Assembly: GCA_021798135.1 (NCBI GenBank)
Contig: JAJZYI010000001.1
Span: forward strand, 1-36,151
DNA: 36,151 bases
Reading direction: 5' to 3'
DNA from: Actinomycetes bacterium
GTDB lineage: Bacteria > Actinomycetota > Acidimicrobiia > Acidimicrobiales > UBA8190
Below, in pieces: positions 1 to 10,098 of the stretch. Below the pieces are notes generated by a model that saw only the letters and a program-made list of their open reading frames with translations, made no database searches and was not told the origin of the DNA. Both the position numbers and the translations under genes were made by a program. Each line of letters begins with the position of its first letter. The stretch's first letter is position 1.

Positions 1-181
1 GACACCTTCCGGGCCAGCACCACCACCGCGCCGGAACCGGGAGGCGAGTGCACCGGCGGATCCGGCACCCCGCTGCAGCGGTGACGGCGGCGACGGGGCC
101 CAGCAGGCTCGACCAGCCCCCGTGAGCTGGCGCGGTCAGCCCGGCGGCGTGCAGGTCCACCTGCGCCACAGGCTGTAGGAG

Positions 182-198
182 TACCCCCCCAGGGTATA
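182..198. promoter_or_regulatory. Candidate CsoR operator overlapping the copZ promoter
   Basis: TACCCCCCCAGGGTATA: arms TACCC / GGGTA flank a C/G core. This matches the general GC-core, TA-flanked palindrome form described for CsoR operators. It abuts a TATGAT -10-like hexamer (197-202), about 30 nt upstream of the copZ ATG, and a csoR gene lies in the same operon. Confidence 0.5.
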
Positions 199-233
199 TG
201 ATGAGCGTGTCGGATGGAGCGAGGAGGTCGGCG

Positions 234-437
234 ATGGCCGAGACGATGACCTACACCGTCCCCGGGATGACCTGTGACCACTGCAAGCACGCGGTGTCGA
301 GCGAGCTGGGCTCGGTGCCCGGGGTGGCGGGCGTCGAGGTGGACCTCGAGAGCAAGCTCGTGACCGTGACGGGGGACGACCTCGACGACCGGGCGCTGCG
401 CGCGGCGATCGAGGAGGCGGGCTACGAGGCGGCCTGA
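234..437 (+). CDS. copZ: Copper chaperone, heavy-metal-associated (HMA) domain protein
   Basis: The 67-aa product [21 protein letters not shown]... carries the GMTCxxC HMA motif. RBS GAGGAGG at 221-227 lies 6 nt before ATG 234. The track start at 198 falls inside the putative operator/-10, so 234 is preferred. The stop overlaps the copA start (TGATG). Confidence 0.85.
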   Translation: MAETMTYTVPGMTCDHCKHAVSSELGSVPGVAGVEVDLESKLVTVTGDDLDDRALRAAIEEAGYEAA

Positions 438-2653
438 TGGCCGCCACGACCGAGCCCAGGACCGGGGTCGGTGGCGATTCGGCCCCCGGTGGCGGGCGCC
501 AGCACGTCGAGCTGGCCATCTCCGGCATGACCTGCGCGTCGTGCGCGGCCCGGATCGAGAAGCGCCTGAACAAGCTCGACGGGGTCGCCGCGACGGTCAA
601 CTTCGCCAGCGAGCACGCGGCGGTGACGTTCGATCCCGCCCAGGTGGGCGTGGGGGACCTGATCGGGGCGGTGGAGGCCGCCGGCTACGGCGCCGCGCTC
701 CCGGAGGCGGTCACCGACGAGGACCCGGCCCGCCCCTACCGATGGCGGCTGGTGCTGGCCGTGGCCCTGAGCATCCCGCTGGCGGTCTTCGCCTGGGCGT
801 CGGGTTCGCGGCCGCCGGGCTGGGAGTGGGTGTCGATGGTGCTGGCCACGCCCGTCGTCTTCTGGGCCGGCTGGCCATTCCACCGGGCGGCGGCAGCCAA
901 CGCCCGCCACGGCGTGGCCACGATGGACACGCTCATCTCGGTCGGCACCCTCGCCGCGTGGACGTGGTCGACCGTGGTCCTCTCCGCCGGCCTGTCGACC
1001 AGCGTCTACTTCGACACCGCCGGGGCCATCACCGCGCTGATCCTGCTCGGCCGCTACCTGGAGGCGCGGGCCAAGCGCCGTTCCGGTGACGCCATCCGCA
1101 AGCTCCTGGAGCTCGGCGCCAAGGAGGCCCGGGTCCTTCGCGACGGCACGGAGGTCCTGGTGCCCGTCGAGGAGGTGGCCGTCGGCGACCGCTTCGTCGT
1201 GCGGCCCGGCGACAAGGTCGCCACCGACGGGACGGTCGTGTCGGGCACCTCGGCCGTCGACCAGTCGATGCTGACCGGGGAGTCGGTGCCCGTCGAGGTG
1301 GGGCCGGGCGACGCGGTGGCCGGTGCCACGGTCAACGCGTCGGGTCGCCTGGTGGTCGAGGCGACCCGGGTGGGCTCGTCGACGGCGCTGGCCCAGATCG
1401 CCCGCCTGGTGGCCGACGCCCAGGCCGGCAAGGCCCCGGTCCAGCGCCTGGCCGACCGCGTCTCGGCGGTGTTCGTCCCCGTGGTCATCGCCGTCTCGGT
1501 CCTGACGCTGGTCGGCTGGCTCCTCATCGGCGGCGTCGCCACCACCGCCGCGTTCACCGCCGCGGTGGCCGTCATCGTCATCGCCTGCCCGTGCGCCCTG
1601 GGCCTGGCCACCCCGACCGCCCTGATGGTCGGCACCGGGCGGGGCGCGCAGCTCGGCATCGTCATCAAGGGGCCCGAGGTCCTGGAGCAGACCCGCCAGG
1701 TCACCACCGTCGTCCTCGACAAGACCGGCACCCTCACCGAGGGGAGGATGGCCGTGTCCGCCCTCGTCCCCGCCGAAGGGGTCGGCGAGGACGAGCTGCT
1801 GCGCCTGGTCGCCGGCGCCGAGGACCCCAGCGAGCACCCCGTCGCCCTGGCCATCGCCGCCCGCGGCCGCGACCGGCTCGGCTCGCTGCCCGCCGCCGAG
1901 TCGTTCGCGGCCCGGGCCGGGCTCGGGGTCGAGGCCGTGGTCGACGGCCACGCCGTGGTCGTCGGCCGCCCCGGCCTGCTGGCCGACTGGGGGGTCACCC
2001 TCCCCGACGCGTTGGTCGCCGACGTGGCCCGGCTCGAAGCGGGGGGGTCCACGGTCGTGGCGGCCGCCGCCGACGGCCGGGCGCTCGGTCTGGTGGCGGT
2101 GGCGGACCGTGTCAAGGCCACCAGCCGCCAGGCCGTCGCCGACCTCCGCGCCCTGGGGCTGACCCCGGTGCTCCTGACCGGCGACAACGAGGCCACCGCC
2201 CGTGCCGTCGCCGCCCAGGTCGGGATCGACCGCGTCCTCGCCGGCGTCCTCCCCGAGGACAAGGCCCGCGAGGTCGCCCGCCTGCAGGCCGCCGGTGAGG
2301 TGGTGGCCATGGTCGGCGACGGCGTCAACGACGCCCCGGCCCTGGCCCGTGCCGACCTCGGCCTCGCCATCGGCACGGGCACCGACGTCGCCATCGAGGC
2401 GTCCGACCTCACGTTGGTGGCCGGCGACCTGCGCGCCGCGGCGGACGCCATCCGCCTGTCGCGCCGGACGCTGTCGACCATCAAGGGGAACCTGTTCTGG
2501 GCGTTCGGCTACAACGTCGCCGCCATCCCGCTGGCCGTCGCCGGGGTCGTCAACCCCATCGTCGCGGCCGCCGCCATGGCGTTCTCCAGCGTGTTCGTCG
2601 TCACCAACTCGCTGCGGCTGCGGCGGTTCCGGCCCCTCCAGGACCGCCGATGA
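437..2653 (+). CDS. copA: Copper-translocating P1B-type ATPase
   Basis: N-terminal HMA motif GMTCASC, actuator TGES, transmembrane CPC ([11 protein letters not shown]), phosphorylation site DKTGTLT, SEHP motif and hinge [10 protein letters not shown] are all present in the 738-aa product. Confidence 0.95.
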   Translation: MAATTEPRTGVGGDSAPGGGRQHVELAISGMTCASCAARIEKRLNKLDGVAATVNFASEHAAVTFDPAQVGVGDLIGAVEAAGYGAALPEAVTDEDPARPYRWRLVLAVALSIPLAVFAWASGSRPPGWEWVSMVLATPVVFWAGWPFHRAAAANARHGVATMDTLISVGTLAAWTWSTVVLSAGLSTSVYFDTAGAITALILLGRYLEARAKRRSGDAIRKLLELGAKEARVLRDGTEVLVPVEEVAVGDRFVVRPGDKVATDGTVVSGTSAVDQSMLTGESVPVEVGPGDAVAGATVNASGRLVVEATRVGSSTALAQIARLVADAQAGKAPVQRLADRVSAVFVPVVIAVSVLTLVGWLLIGGVATTAAFTAAVAVIVIACPCALGLATPTALMVGTGRGAQLGIVIKGPEVLEQTRQVTTVVLDKTGTLTEGRMAVSALVPAEGVGEDELLRLVAGAEDPSEHPVALAIAARGRDRLGSLPAAESFAARAGLGVEAVVDGHAVVVGRPGLLADWGVTLPDALVADVARLEAGGSTVVAAAADGRALGLVAVADRVKATSRQAVADLRALGLTPVLLTGDNEATARAVAAQVGIDRVLAGVLPEDKAREVARLQAAGEVVAMVGDGVNDAPALARADLGLAIGTGTDVAIEASDLTLVAGDLRAAADAIRLSRRTLSTIKGNLFWAFGYNVAAIPLAVAGVVNPIVAAAAMAFSSVFVVTNSLRLRRFRPLQDRR

Positions 2654-3057
2654 GCGGCACCGGACGGAGGGGCGCCACGGATCCCGCGGCGGTCGGGGCC
2701 GGACCGGCCGGCCACGGGGCTGCCCCGGCGGGTCGAGGTGCCGTCCGGACCGGCGACGGGGCCGGACCGCCCTACGGCTACGTCGACCACAAGGAGGCGC
2801 TCGTCAACCGGATGCGCCGCATCGAGGGGCAGGCGCGCGGCGTCGAGAAGATGATCACCGAGGACCGCTACTGCATCGACATCCTCACCCAGATCGCCGC
2901 GGTCAACACCGCCCTCGAAGCCGTCGCCGCCATCCTGCTGGAGGACCACGTCAGCCACTGCGTCCGCCACGCGCTCGAATCGGGCGACGAAGCCGTCGCC
3001 GCCGAGAAGACCAAGGAGCTGCTCGAAGCCGTCCAGCGCTTCACCCGCACCCGGTGA
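2650..3057 (+). CDS. csoR: CsoR-family copper-sensing transcriptional repressor
   Basis: [32 protein letters not shown]...[10 protein letters not shown] shows the CsoR/RcnR helical bundle with the Cys...His-x3-Cys ligand pattern. ATGA start/stop overlap with copA. The Gly/Ala/Pro-rich N-terminal 40 aa leaves the exact start uncertain. Confidence 0.85.
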   Translation: MSGTGRRGATDPAAVGAGPAGHGAAPAGRGAVRTGDGAGPPYGYVDHKEALVNRMRRIEGQARGVEKMITEDRYCIDILTQIAAVNTALEAVAAILLEDHVSHCVRHALESGDEAVAAEKTKELLEAVQRFTRTR

Positions 3058-3145
3058 ACCGCCCGTCGGGGGACCGGCTCCCGGCCATGGTCCGCGGGCG
3101 GGCACCGTCACGGCGGGCGCAGGCCGGCCCCCGCTCCTGACCGCC

Positions 3146-3180
3146 GCCCTTCGCCCTTCGCCCTTCGCCCCTCGCCCGCC
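3146..3180. repeat. 7-bp tandem repeat (GCCCTTC x3 plus 2 degenerate units)
   Basis: gcccttc gcccttc gcccttc gcccctc gcccgcc read directly, in the intergenic region downstream of csoR and upstream of the 3215 CDS. Confidence 0.8.
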
Positions 3181-3214
3181 GCCTTTCCCGCGACCCTATG
3201 GCAGGCTGGTCGGC

Positions 3215-4072
3215 ATGGCGGGCGACGACGGGCCGGACCCCGGGCTCCTCCGGACGGTGCGCGCCTACGGCGCAGCGCACGAGGAGACCTTCGGCGACGT
3301 GCGCTGGGCGGGCGGCCGGCTGGTGGTGTCGTTCACGGCTGACCTCGAGCACCACCGGCGGCGGCTGGCGACGCTGACGGGGGACCCGTCGGCGACGGCC
3401 GTCGAGGCCACGGAGCACACCGGAGCCGAGCTGCGACGGATCGCGGACGAGGTGCGCGAGCGCTACGGTGCCGACCCCCGGCGGGTGCTGCACGGGTGCG
3501 GCCCGGGCACGGCTCGGGTGCGGGCCCGCTTCGAGGACGTTGCCGCCGAGCTGCACGCCCGCTACGGCAGCGCCCTCGACATCACGCTGGGGGCCAAGCC
3601 GTACCCGCCGTCGCGCCTGGGATCGATGGCCGCGGTCCCCGTGCCCGTCTCCACCGGCGACCTCCCCGGCCTGGACGTGGTCTTCGACGTCGGGGATGGC
3701 ACGGTGGCGGCGGGTGACGACCTGCGCGGCGGCGTCGTCCTCACCAACAGCGGCACGGGCCAGCTGCGCTTCGCCACCGGGCTGCTCGTGACGGCCGGCG
3801 TCCGCCGCCCGGGCGCCGGTCACCTCGCCGGCTGGTTCGTCGGCGCCGTTGCCGCGGTTGCCGCCCTCGTCGACCTGGCTCCCGGGGCGTCGGCACGGCT
3901 CGACCTGGTCGTCGGCACGGCGTCGGTCCTGCCCGACACGACCTACCGCGTGCCGCCCGGCACGTACGAGGTCGTGGCCACGATCCCCGCCGACGGGGCG
4001 GTCCTCGTCCGCGTCGGGCCCGCCATCGAGGTGACGCCGCCGGTCACGCCGTCGGGCCCGACGTCGAAATGA
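3215..4072 (+). CDS. Hypothetical protein (no family recognised)
   Basis: 285-aa ORF with a protein-like, non-low-complexity composition and G/C-dominated third codon positions. No motif recognised. Confidence 0.55.
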   Translation: MAGDDGPDPGLLRTVRAYGAAHEETFGDVRWAGGRLVVSFTADLEHHRRRLATLTGDPSATAVEATEHTGAELRRIADEVRERYGADPRRVLHGCGPGTARVRARFEDVAAELHARYGSALDITLGAKPYPPSRLGSMAAVPVPVSTGDLPGLDVVFDVGDGTVAAGDDLRGGVVLTNSGTGQLRFATGLLVTAGVRRPGAGHLAGWFVGAVAAVAALVDLAPGASARLDLVVGTASVLPDTTYRVPPGTYEVVATIPADGAVLVRVGPAIEVTPPVTPSGPTSK

Positions 4073-4110
4073 CGCCGTCAGTGACGCTGCCGGTCACGCC
4101 GTCGGGCCCG
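4031..4110. repeat. 30-bp direct repeat x2 (29/30 identical) spanning the stop codon of the 3215-4072 CDS
   Basis: gtgacgccgccggtcacgccgtcgggcccg at 4031-4060 and gtgacgctgccggtcacgccgtcgggcccg at 4081-4110, separated by a 20-nt spacer that contains the TGA stop. Confidence 0.85.
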
Positions 4111-4182
4111 CCGAGCGCCTGACCGCTGGCCGGACGAGCTGATCGGCCGAGGCCGCCATGCCGCCGCGGCCCCTGGTGGACG

Positions 4183-5100
4183 TCATCGCCCGGCCTCCCT
4201 GGCCTGCTCGTCGGCGAGCTCCCGTTCCATCTCGGCGACCGCGTCGCCGTCGGGCACGGGCCCGCCGCCGTCGGGGATGAACCGTCCGGTGTCCCGCCAG
4301 TGCACGGCCGCCGCGAAGCCGTGCTGCTGCGCGAAGTCGACGAACCAGCGGCCCTCGGGCGAGTGCCTAGCGATGCCGTCGAAGAGGACCGCGAGGTTCT
4401 GGGTGGCCTGCAGGCCCATGTTGTCGTACGCCTGGTTGATCATGAGCTTCTGCATGACGAGCTGGTTGACGGGGACGCCGGCCATCCGGTCGACCAGCCG
4501 CTCGACGGTGTCGCCGAGGTCGGCTTCGGGCACGGCGTCGAGCACGAGCCCCCACGCCTTGGCCTGCACGCCGTCGATGGTGTCGCCGGTGAGCAGCATG
4601 CGCTTGGCGCGCTCTGCGCCGAGGCGGTAGACCCACATCGCGGTCGTGGGGCAGCCCCAGACGCGAGCCGGCATGTAGCCGATCCTGGCGTCCTCGGCCA
4701 TCACGACGAGGTCGCACGACAGGGCGATGTCGCTCCCGCCGGCCACGGCGTAGCCGTGCACCTTGGCGACCGTGGGCTTCGGCGAGCGCCACAGCGACAG
4801 GAAGTGGTCGGTGTTGGCCTTCATGAGGCGGAAGTCCGTGATCGGGTCCCAGACCTCCCCCTGGTGCCCGGCGCCTCCCTCTGCGTAGAGCTTCAGGTCG
4901 TAGCCCGCGCAGAACGCTCTGCCCTCCCCCTGGAGCACGATGACCCGGACCGAGGCGTCGGCGTTGGCGGCGGCGACGGCGCCGCTGATCTCGCCACCCA
5001 TCTCCGCGGTGATCGCGTTCAACCGCTCCGGACGGTTCAGGGTGATGTAGGCGCGGTGGTCGCGCACCTCGTAGCGGATGGTCCTGCCGCTGAACGTCAT
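4183..5100 (-). CDS. Enoyl-CoA hydratase/isomerase (crotonase) family protein
   Basis: MTFSGRTIRYEVRDHRAYITLNRPERLNAI...VIVLQGEGRAFCAGYDL...VHGYAVAGGSDIALSCDLVV is a typical crotonase fold with oxyanion-hole segments. Start set at ATG 5100, preceded by GAGGAG 7 nt upstream. The track ORF extends a further 119 non-protein-like codons. Confidence 0.85.
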   Translation of the reverse strand: MTFSGRTIRYEVRDHRAYITLNRPERLNAITAEMGGEISGAVAAANADASVRVIVLQGEGRAFCAGYDLKLYAEGGAGHQGEVWDPITDFRLMKANTDHFLSLWRSPKPTVAKVHGYAVAGGSDIALSCDLVVMAEDARIGYMPARVWGCPTTAMWVYRLGAERAKRMLLTGDTIDGVQAKAWGLVLDAVPEADLGDTVERLVDRMAGVPVNQLVMQKLMINQAYDNMGLQATQNLAVLFDGIARHSPEGRWFVDFAQQHGFAAAVHWRDTGRFIPDGGGPVPDGDAVAEMERELADEQAREAGR

Positions 5101-5310
5101 GCTCTGGCTCCTCGTGGCTCGGACGACCGGTGTCCCTCGGTCGCAGTCTGGTCCGGGACCCGTCGCCGCGCCCGGTGGCTCGTGGCGCACGTCGAGCCCG
5201 GCGGCGAGGTGCTCGACGACCGGTCGCCGCGCCCGGAGCTCGTGACCGCCGGCAGGGTTCGCCGGCCAGACGGGATCCTGTGGGTTCGCTGTGAAATCTG
5301 CCGCTTGTGA

Positions 5311-7217
<1,907 letters not shown>

Positions 7218-7218
7218 G

Positions 7219-8931
7219 GTGGGCGGGCGGCCCACGGCCGGGCGGAGCCCGCCGCGGCGCATCTGGCTGCTGCTGAGCGGGCTGCTGGTCCTCGTCGCCG
7301 GCGGCGTCGCCGTCGGCGTGGCCATGGGCCGCGGTTCGCCGTCCCCGGCGGCCGCACCGCTGCCCACGCTGGCCTCACCCGTCGAGCCGGCACCGAGCCT
7401 GGGAGGCAGCCCGCCCGTGCAGGGCCCGCTGGTGGCCAGCGGAGGGCCCTTCCTCCACGACCGTGCCGGGCGTGTCGTCGTCCTGCACGGCGTCAACGTC
7501 GTCTACAAGCACCCTCCCTACGAGGTCTTCCCGGACCCCGGCAAGCCGTGGAACTTCGACGCCGCCGACGCCTCGCTCATGGCCCGGCTGGGCTTCGACG
7601 TCGTGCGACTCGGGATGACCTGGCGCGGGCTCGAGCCCGGCACGGCGCCCGCCAACGATCCCGCGATCTGCCGCAAGGGCCCGCCGGGCGACCCGCACCA
7701 GTTCGACGAGGCCGTGCTCGACCGCTACCTCGGCCGGCTGAAGCAGACCGTCGACCTCCTCGGCCGCTTCCACATCTTCACGATCCTCGACATGCACCAG
7801 GACGTCTACAACGAGATGTTCGACGGCGAGGGTGCACCTGACTGGGCGGTCTGCACCGACGGGGTGCCGAGCGTGGACCCGCCGGGGCGGTGGTCGCTCG
7901 AGTACGCGACCGCCGCTGCCGGCATCGCCTACGACCACTTCTGGGACAACGACGTCGTCGGCGACCTCCAGGGACAGTTCGACCTGGTCTGGGGCAAAGT
8001 CGCCGGCTACTTCAGCGGCGATCCCTGGGTGATCGGGTACGACCCGTTCAACGAGCCGTTCTCCTCGTCGCTGGTGACGCTGGGGAACGAGCACTTCGAC
8101 GCACAGCTGGAGTGCTTCTACACCGGCCTGGCGCACGTGGGCCGGACGAGCAGCGGCGCGCCGCTGGTGTGCCCGCCCTCGGACCCGTCCGTGGGGGTCA
8201 TCCCGACGATCCTGGCGAGCGACCCCAAGCACCTCGTCTTCGACGAGCCGGACAACTTCGCCAGCCGCGGCTTTCCCACCCTCGTCGGCCCGATGGACTT
8301 CCCCAACCTCGTCTACAACGTGCACGTCTACTGCGGAGCCCGGAGCCCGAAGACCGGCAACCCCACCGACGTCGCTGCCTGCGTCTCGCAGGATGTCCGC
8401 TCGCTCGCCCTGCGGGCCGAGGACCTGCGGGAGATGGCGTCGCCGGCCCAGCCCGGAGGCCCGGCCTGGTTCGTCAGCGAGTTCGGTGCCTCCTCCGACC
8501 CCGTCCTGGTGGCCGCGTTCACGGCACGGGCGAACGCACACCTCGTCGGATGGGCCTACTGGTCGTGGCGGTACTACGCCGACCCGACCGGCAGCGCCGC
8601 CGAGTCGCTGCTCATGGCGGACGGCAGGCTGCGCTCGACGGCCCGGGTGCTCGCGCAGACCTACCCCGAAGCGGTGGCGGGCCGGCCGACATCGATCTCC
8701 TCCGACCCGGCGACGGGCGCCTTCCGCCTCCGCTACGTGCCCGGCCACGCGCTGCACGCCCCGACGGTGATCGTGGTCCCCGCGGCTGTGCACTATCCGT
8801 CCGGGTACTGCGCGACGGTCCGCGGTGGGACCGTCGTCTCCGGCCGTGACAGCGCTCTGCTCGAGGTCCGCAACGCTGCTCACGGCAGCACCGTGCAGGT
8901 GACCGTCACGCCCGGACCGTGTGCGGGCTGA
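7219..8931 (+). CDS. Membrane-anchored glycoside hydrolase family 5, endoglycoceramidase-like
   Basis: HGVNVVYK...VRLGMTWRGLEP...ILDMHQDVY...GAPDWA...FWDN...IGYDPFNEPF (acid/base NEP)...WFVSEFGAS (nucleophile) follows the block order I recall for Rhodococcus EGCase II. The GTG 7219 start gives a basic N-terminus plus the TM segment IWLLLSGLLVLVAGGVAVGVAM, 2 nt after the gtrA-like stop. The start is not certain; the track ORF begins at 7054. Confidence 0.8.
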   Translation: MGGRPTAGRSPPRRIWLLLSGLLVLVAGGVAVGVAMGRGSPSPAAAPLPTLASPVEPAPSLGGSPPVQGPLVASGGPFLHDRAGRVVVLHGVNVVYKHPPYEVFPDPGKPWNFDAADASLMARLGFDVVRLGMTWRGLEPGTAPANDPAICRKGPPGDPHQFDEAVLDRYLGRLKQTVDLLGRFHIFTILDMHQDVYNEMFDGEGAPDWAVCTDGVPSVDPPGRWSLEYATAAAGIAYDHFWDNDVVGDLQGQFDLVWGKVAGYFSGDPWVIGYDPFNEPFSSSLVTLGNEHFDAQLECFYTGLAHVGRTSSGAPLVCPPSDPSVGVIPTILASDPKHLVFDEPDNFASRGFPTLVGPMDFPNLVYNVHVYCGARSPKTGNPTDVAACVSQDVRSLALRAEDLREMASPAQPGGPAWFVSEFGASSDPVLVAAFTARANAHLVGWAYWSWRYYADPTGSAAESLLMADGRLRSTARVLAQTYPEAVAGRPTSISSDPATGAFRLRYVPGHALHAPTVIVVPAAVHYPSGYCATVRGGTVVSGRDSALLEVRNAAHGSTVQVTVTPGPCAG

Positions 8932-8995
8932 CGGGGACGGGCGGGGAGCGGCTCGCCGAGCGCGGCGGTGCCGTGCGCCTCGGCCGCCTGGGCGG

Positions 8996-9616
8996 TCACC
9001 GCCCGGTGTCGAGCCGCCGGCGGAGGTGAGCGCGGACGGCGGCCCACTCGGCGGCGATGACGGAGAACATGGCCGAGTCGCGCAGCAGGCCCTCCTCCCC
9101 CGGGGCCCGGGAGGGAGACCACTGCCGCAGGACGCCCTCGAACCGGGCGCCCAGGCCTTCGATCGCCCGGCGTGAGCGCTCGTTGCGCGCGTCGGTCTTC
9201 AGGTCGACGCGCGCCACGCCCATCTCGTCGAAGGCGTGGGAGAGCAGGAGGAGCTTGGCCTCGGTGTTGACGCCCTTCCGCTGGGCGGATGCACCCAGCC
9301 ACGTCCACCCGATCTCTACGGCGCAGATGTCGTCGCGTCCCGGCCAGCGGCGGGGGTCCCAGAAGGCGGTGCAGCCCACGGCACGACCGTCGGCCACGCG
9401 GACGACGGCGAACGGGCACATCGACCCGGCCGCGGCGCGGGCGAGCTGCTCGCCGACGTACGTCTCGACGGCGTCGCCGGTCGGGACGACGGTGAAGGCG
9501 TAGGTGCTCCGGTCCTCGGAAGCCGCGGCGGCCAGGTCGCCGGCGTGGCGGGGGTCGAGCGGCTCCAAGCGGACGAGCCGACCGCGCAGCTCGGGCACGT
9601 CGAACGAGGTGGGCAT
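8996..9616 (-). CDS. GNAT family N-acetyltransferase (RimJ/RimL-like)
   Basis: LVRLEPLDPRHAGDL...VEIGWTWLGASAQRKGVNTEAKLLLLSHAFDEMGVARVDLKTDARNERSRRAIEGLGARFEGVLR is a typical acetyltransferase core. AGGAGG lies 8 nt upstream of ATG 9616. Confidence 0.85.
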   Translation of the reverse strand: MPTSFDVPELRGRLVRLEPLDPRHAGDLAAAASEDRSTYAFTVVPTGDAVETYVGEQLARAAAGSMCPFAVVRVADGRAVGCTAFWDPRRWPGRDDICAVEIGWTWLGASAQRKGVNTEAKLLLLSHAFDEMGVARVDLKTDARNERSRRAIEGLGARFEGVLRQWSPSRAPGEEGLLRDSAMFSVIAAEWAAVRAHLRRRLDTGR

Positions 9617-9720
9617 CGGGTCGTCCTCCTCACCGGTCCTGGCGGTGGCACGTTGCCACGGCAGGTCGCCGGACCGTCGTCGGGTCAGGACCGCCGGATC
9701 CTCTGGATGCGGGAGGTGGG

Positions 9721-9749
9721 ATGATGGCCCCGTTCCCCCGGGGCGTCAA
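9721..9749 (-). promoter_or_regulatory. Candidate sigma-70-type promoter for the GNAT gene
   Basis: On the minus strand: TTGACG (9749-9744), a 17-nt spacer, then CATCAT (9726-9721). The spacer contains the palindrome GCCCCG-N6-CGGGGC. Sequence match only. Confidence 0.3.
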
Positions 9750-9930
9750 GCACGTCGGTGGGCGCCGCTCGTCGCAGCGGGGTCCGACACGCCGCGCACC
9801 GGTCTCCGCCGGCCGGCCGACGAAGAGCCGGACGCGGCCCTCCGTCGCCCGCCACCTCCCCGAGGGTCCTTCCGGAGGCCCGGGCGCCGGCGGGACTCAC
9901 CGGCGCCGACGGCACCCGCTGCGGGAACGG

Positions 9931-10092
9931 CTAGTGGCGGCGGACCATCCTGATCATCTTCACGTTGATGCGGGCGAAGCGCCAGACCTGCCAGGGCACG
10001 AAGGTGCGCAGGAACACGGTCCAGCGGGTGGGCCGGGTCACGTAGGCGAGCTCCTCCCCGGGCGGCTCGAGCGGCGTGTGTCGGTCCGGCAC
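9931..10092 (-). CDS. Small basic/aromatic protein (53 aa), untracked ORF coupled to the SQR-like gene
   Basis: Hand translation: MPDRHTPLEPPGEELAYVTRPTRWTVFLRTFVPWQVWRFARINVKMIRMVRRH*. 52 of 53 sense codons end in G/C. The GTG start lies 6 nt after the SQR-like TAG stop, with GGAG 9 nt upstream. Too short (<60 aa) to appear in the supplied track. Confidence 0.6.
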   Translation of the reverse strand: MPDRHTPLEPPGEELAYVTRPTRWTVFLRTFVPWQVWRFARINVKMIRMVRRH

Positions 10093-10098
10093 GGCCCG

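Noticed and set aside
1-84. Possible 3' end of an upstream plus-strand CDS (...TGGSGTPLQR, stop at 82-84)
   Set aside because: Third positions are G/C-rich and the frame is open from base 1. However, 27 codons with no motif are not enough to call a feature.
136-600. 154-aa minus-strand ORF over copZ
   Set aside because: It is antisense to a well-supported HMA chaperone gene and is Pro/Arg/Ser low complexity.
422-2484. 509-aa and 476-aa minus-strand ORFs, plus several plus-strand out-of-frame ORFs, over copA
   Set aside because: They overlap a P-type ATPase with all canonical motifs, and their products are low complexity.
4031-4110. Possible mini-CRISPR or terminal inverted repeats of a MITE
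   Set aside because: There are only two direct (not inverted) copies with one 20-nt spacer that contains the stop codon, and no target-site duplication or transposase.
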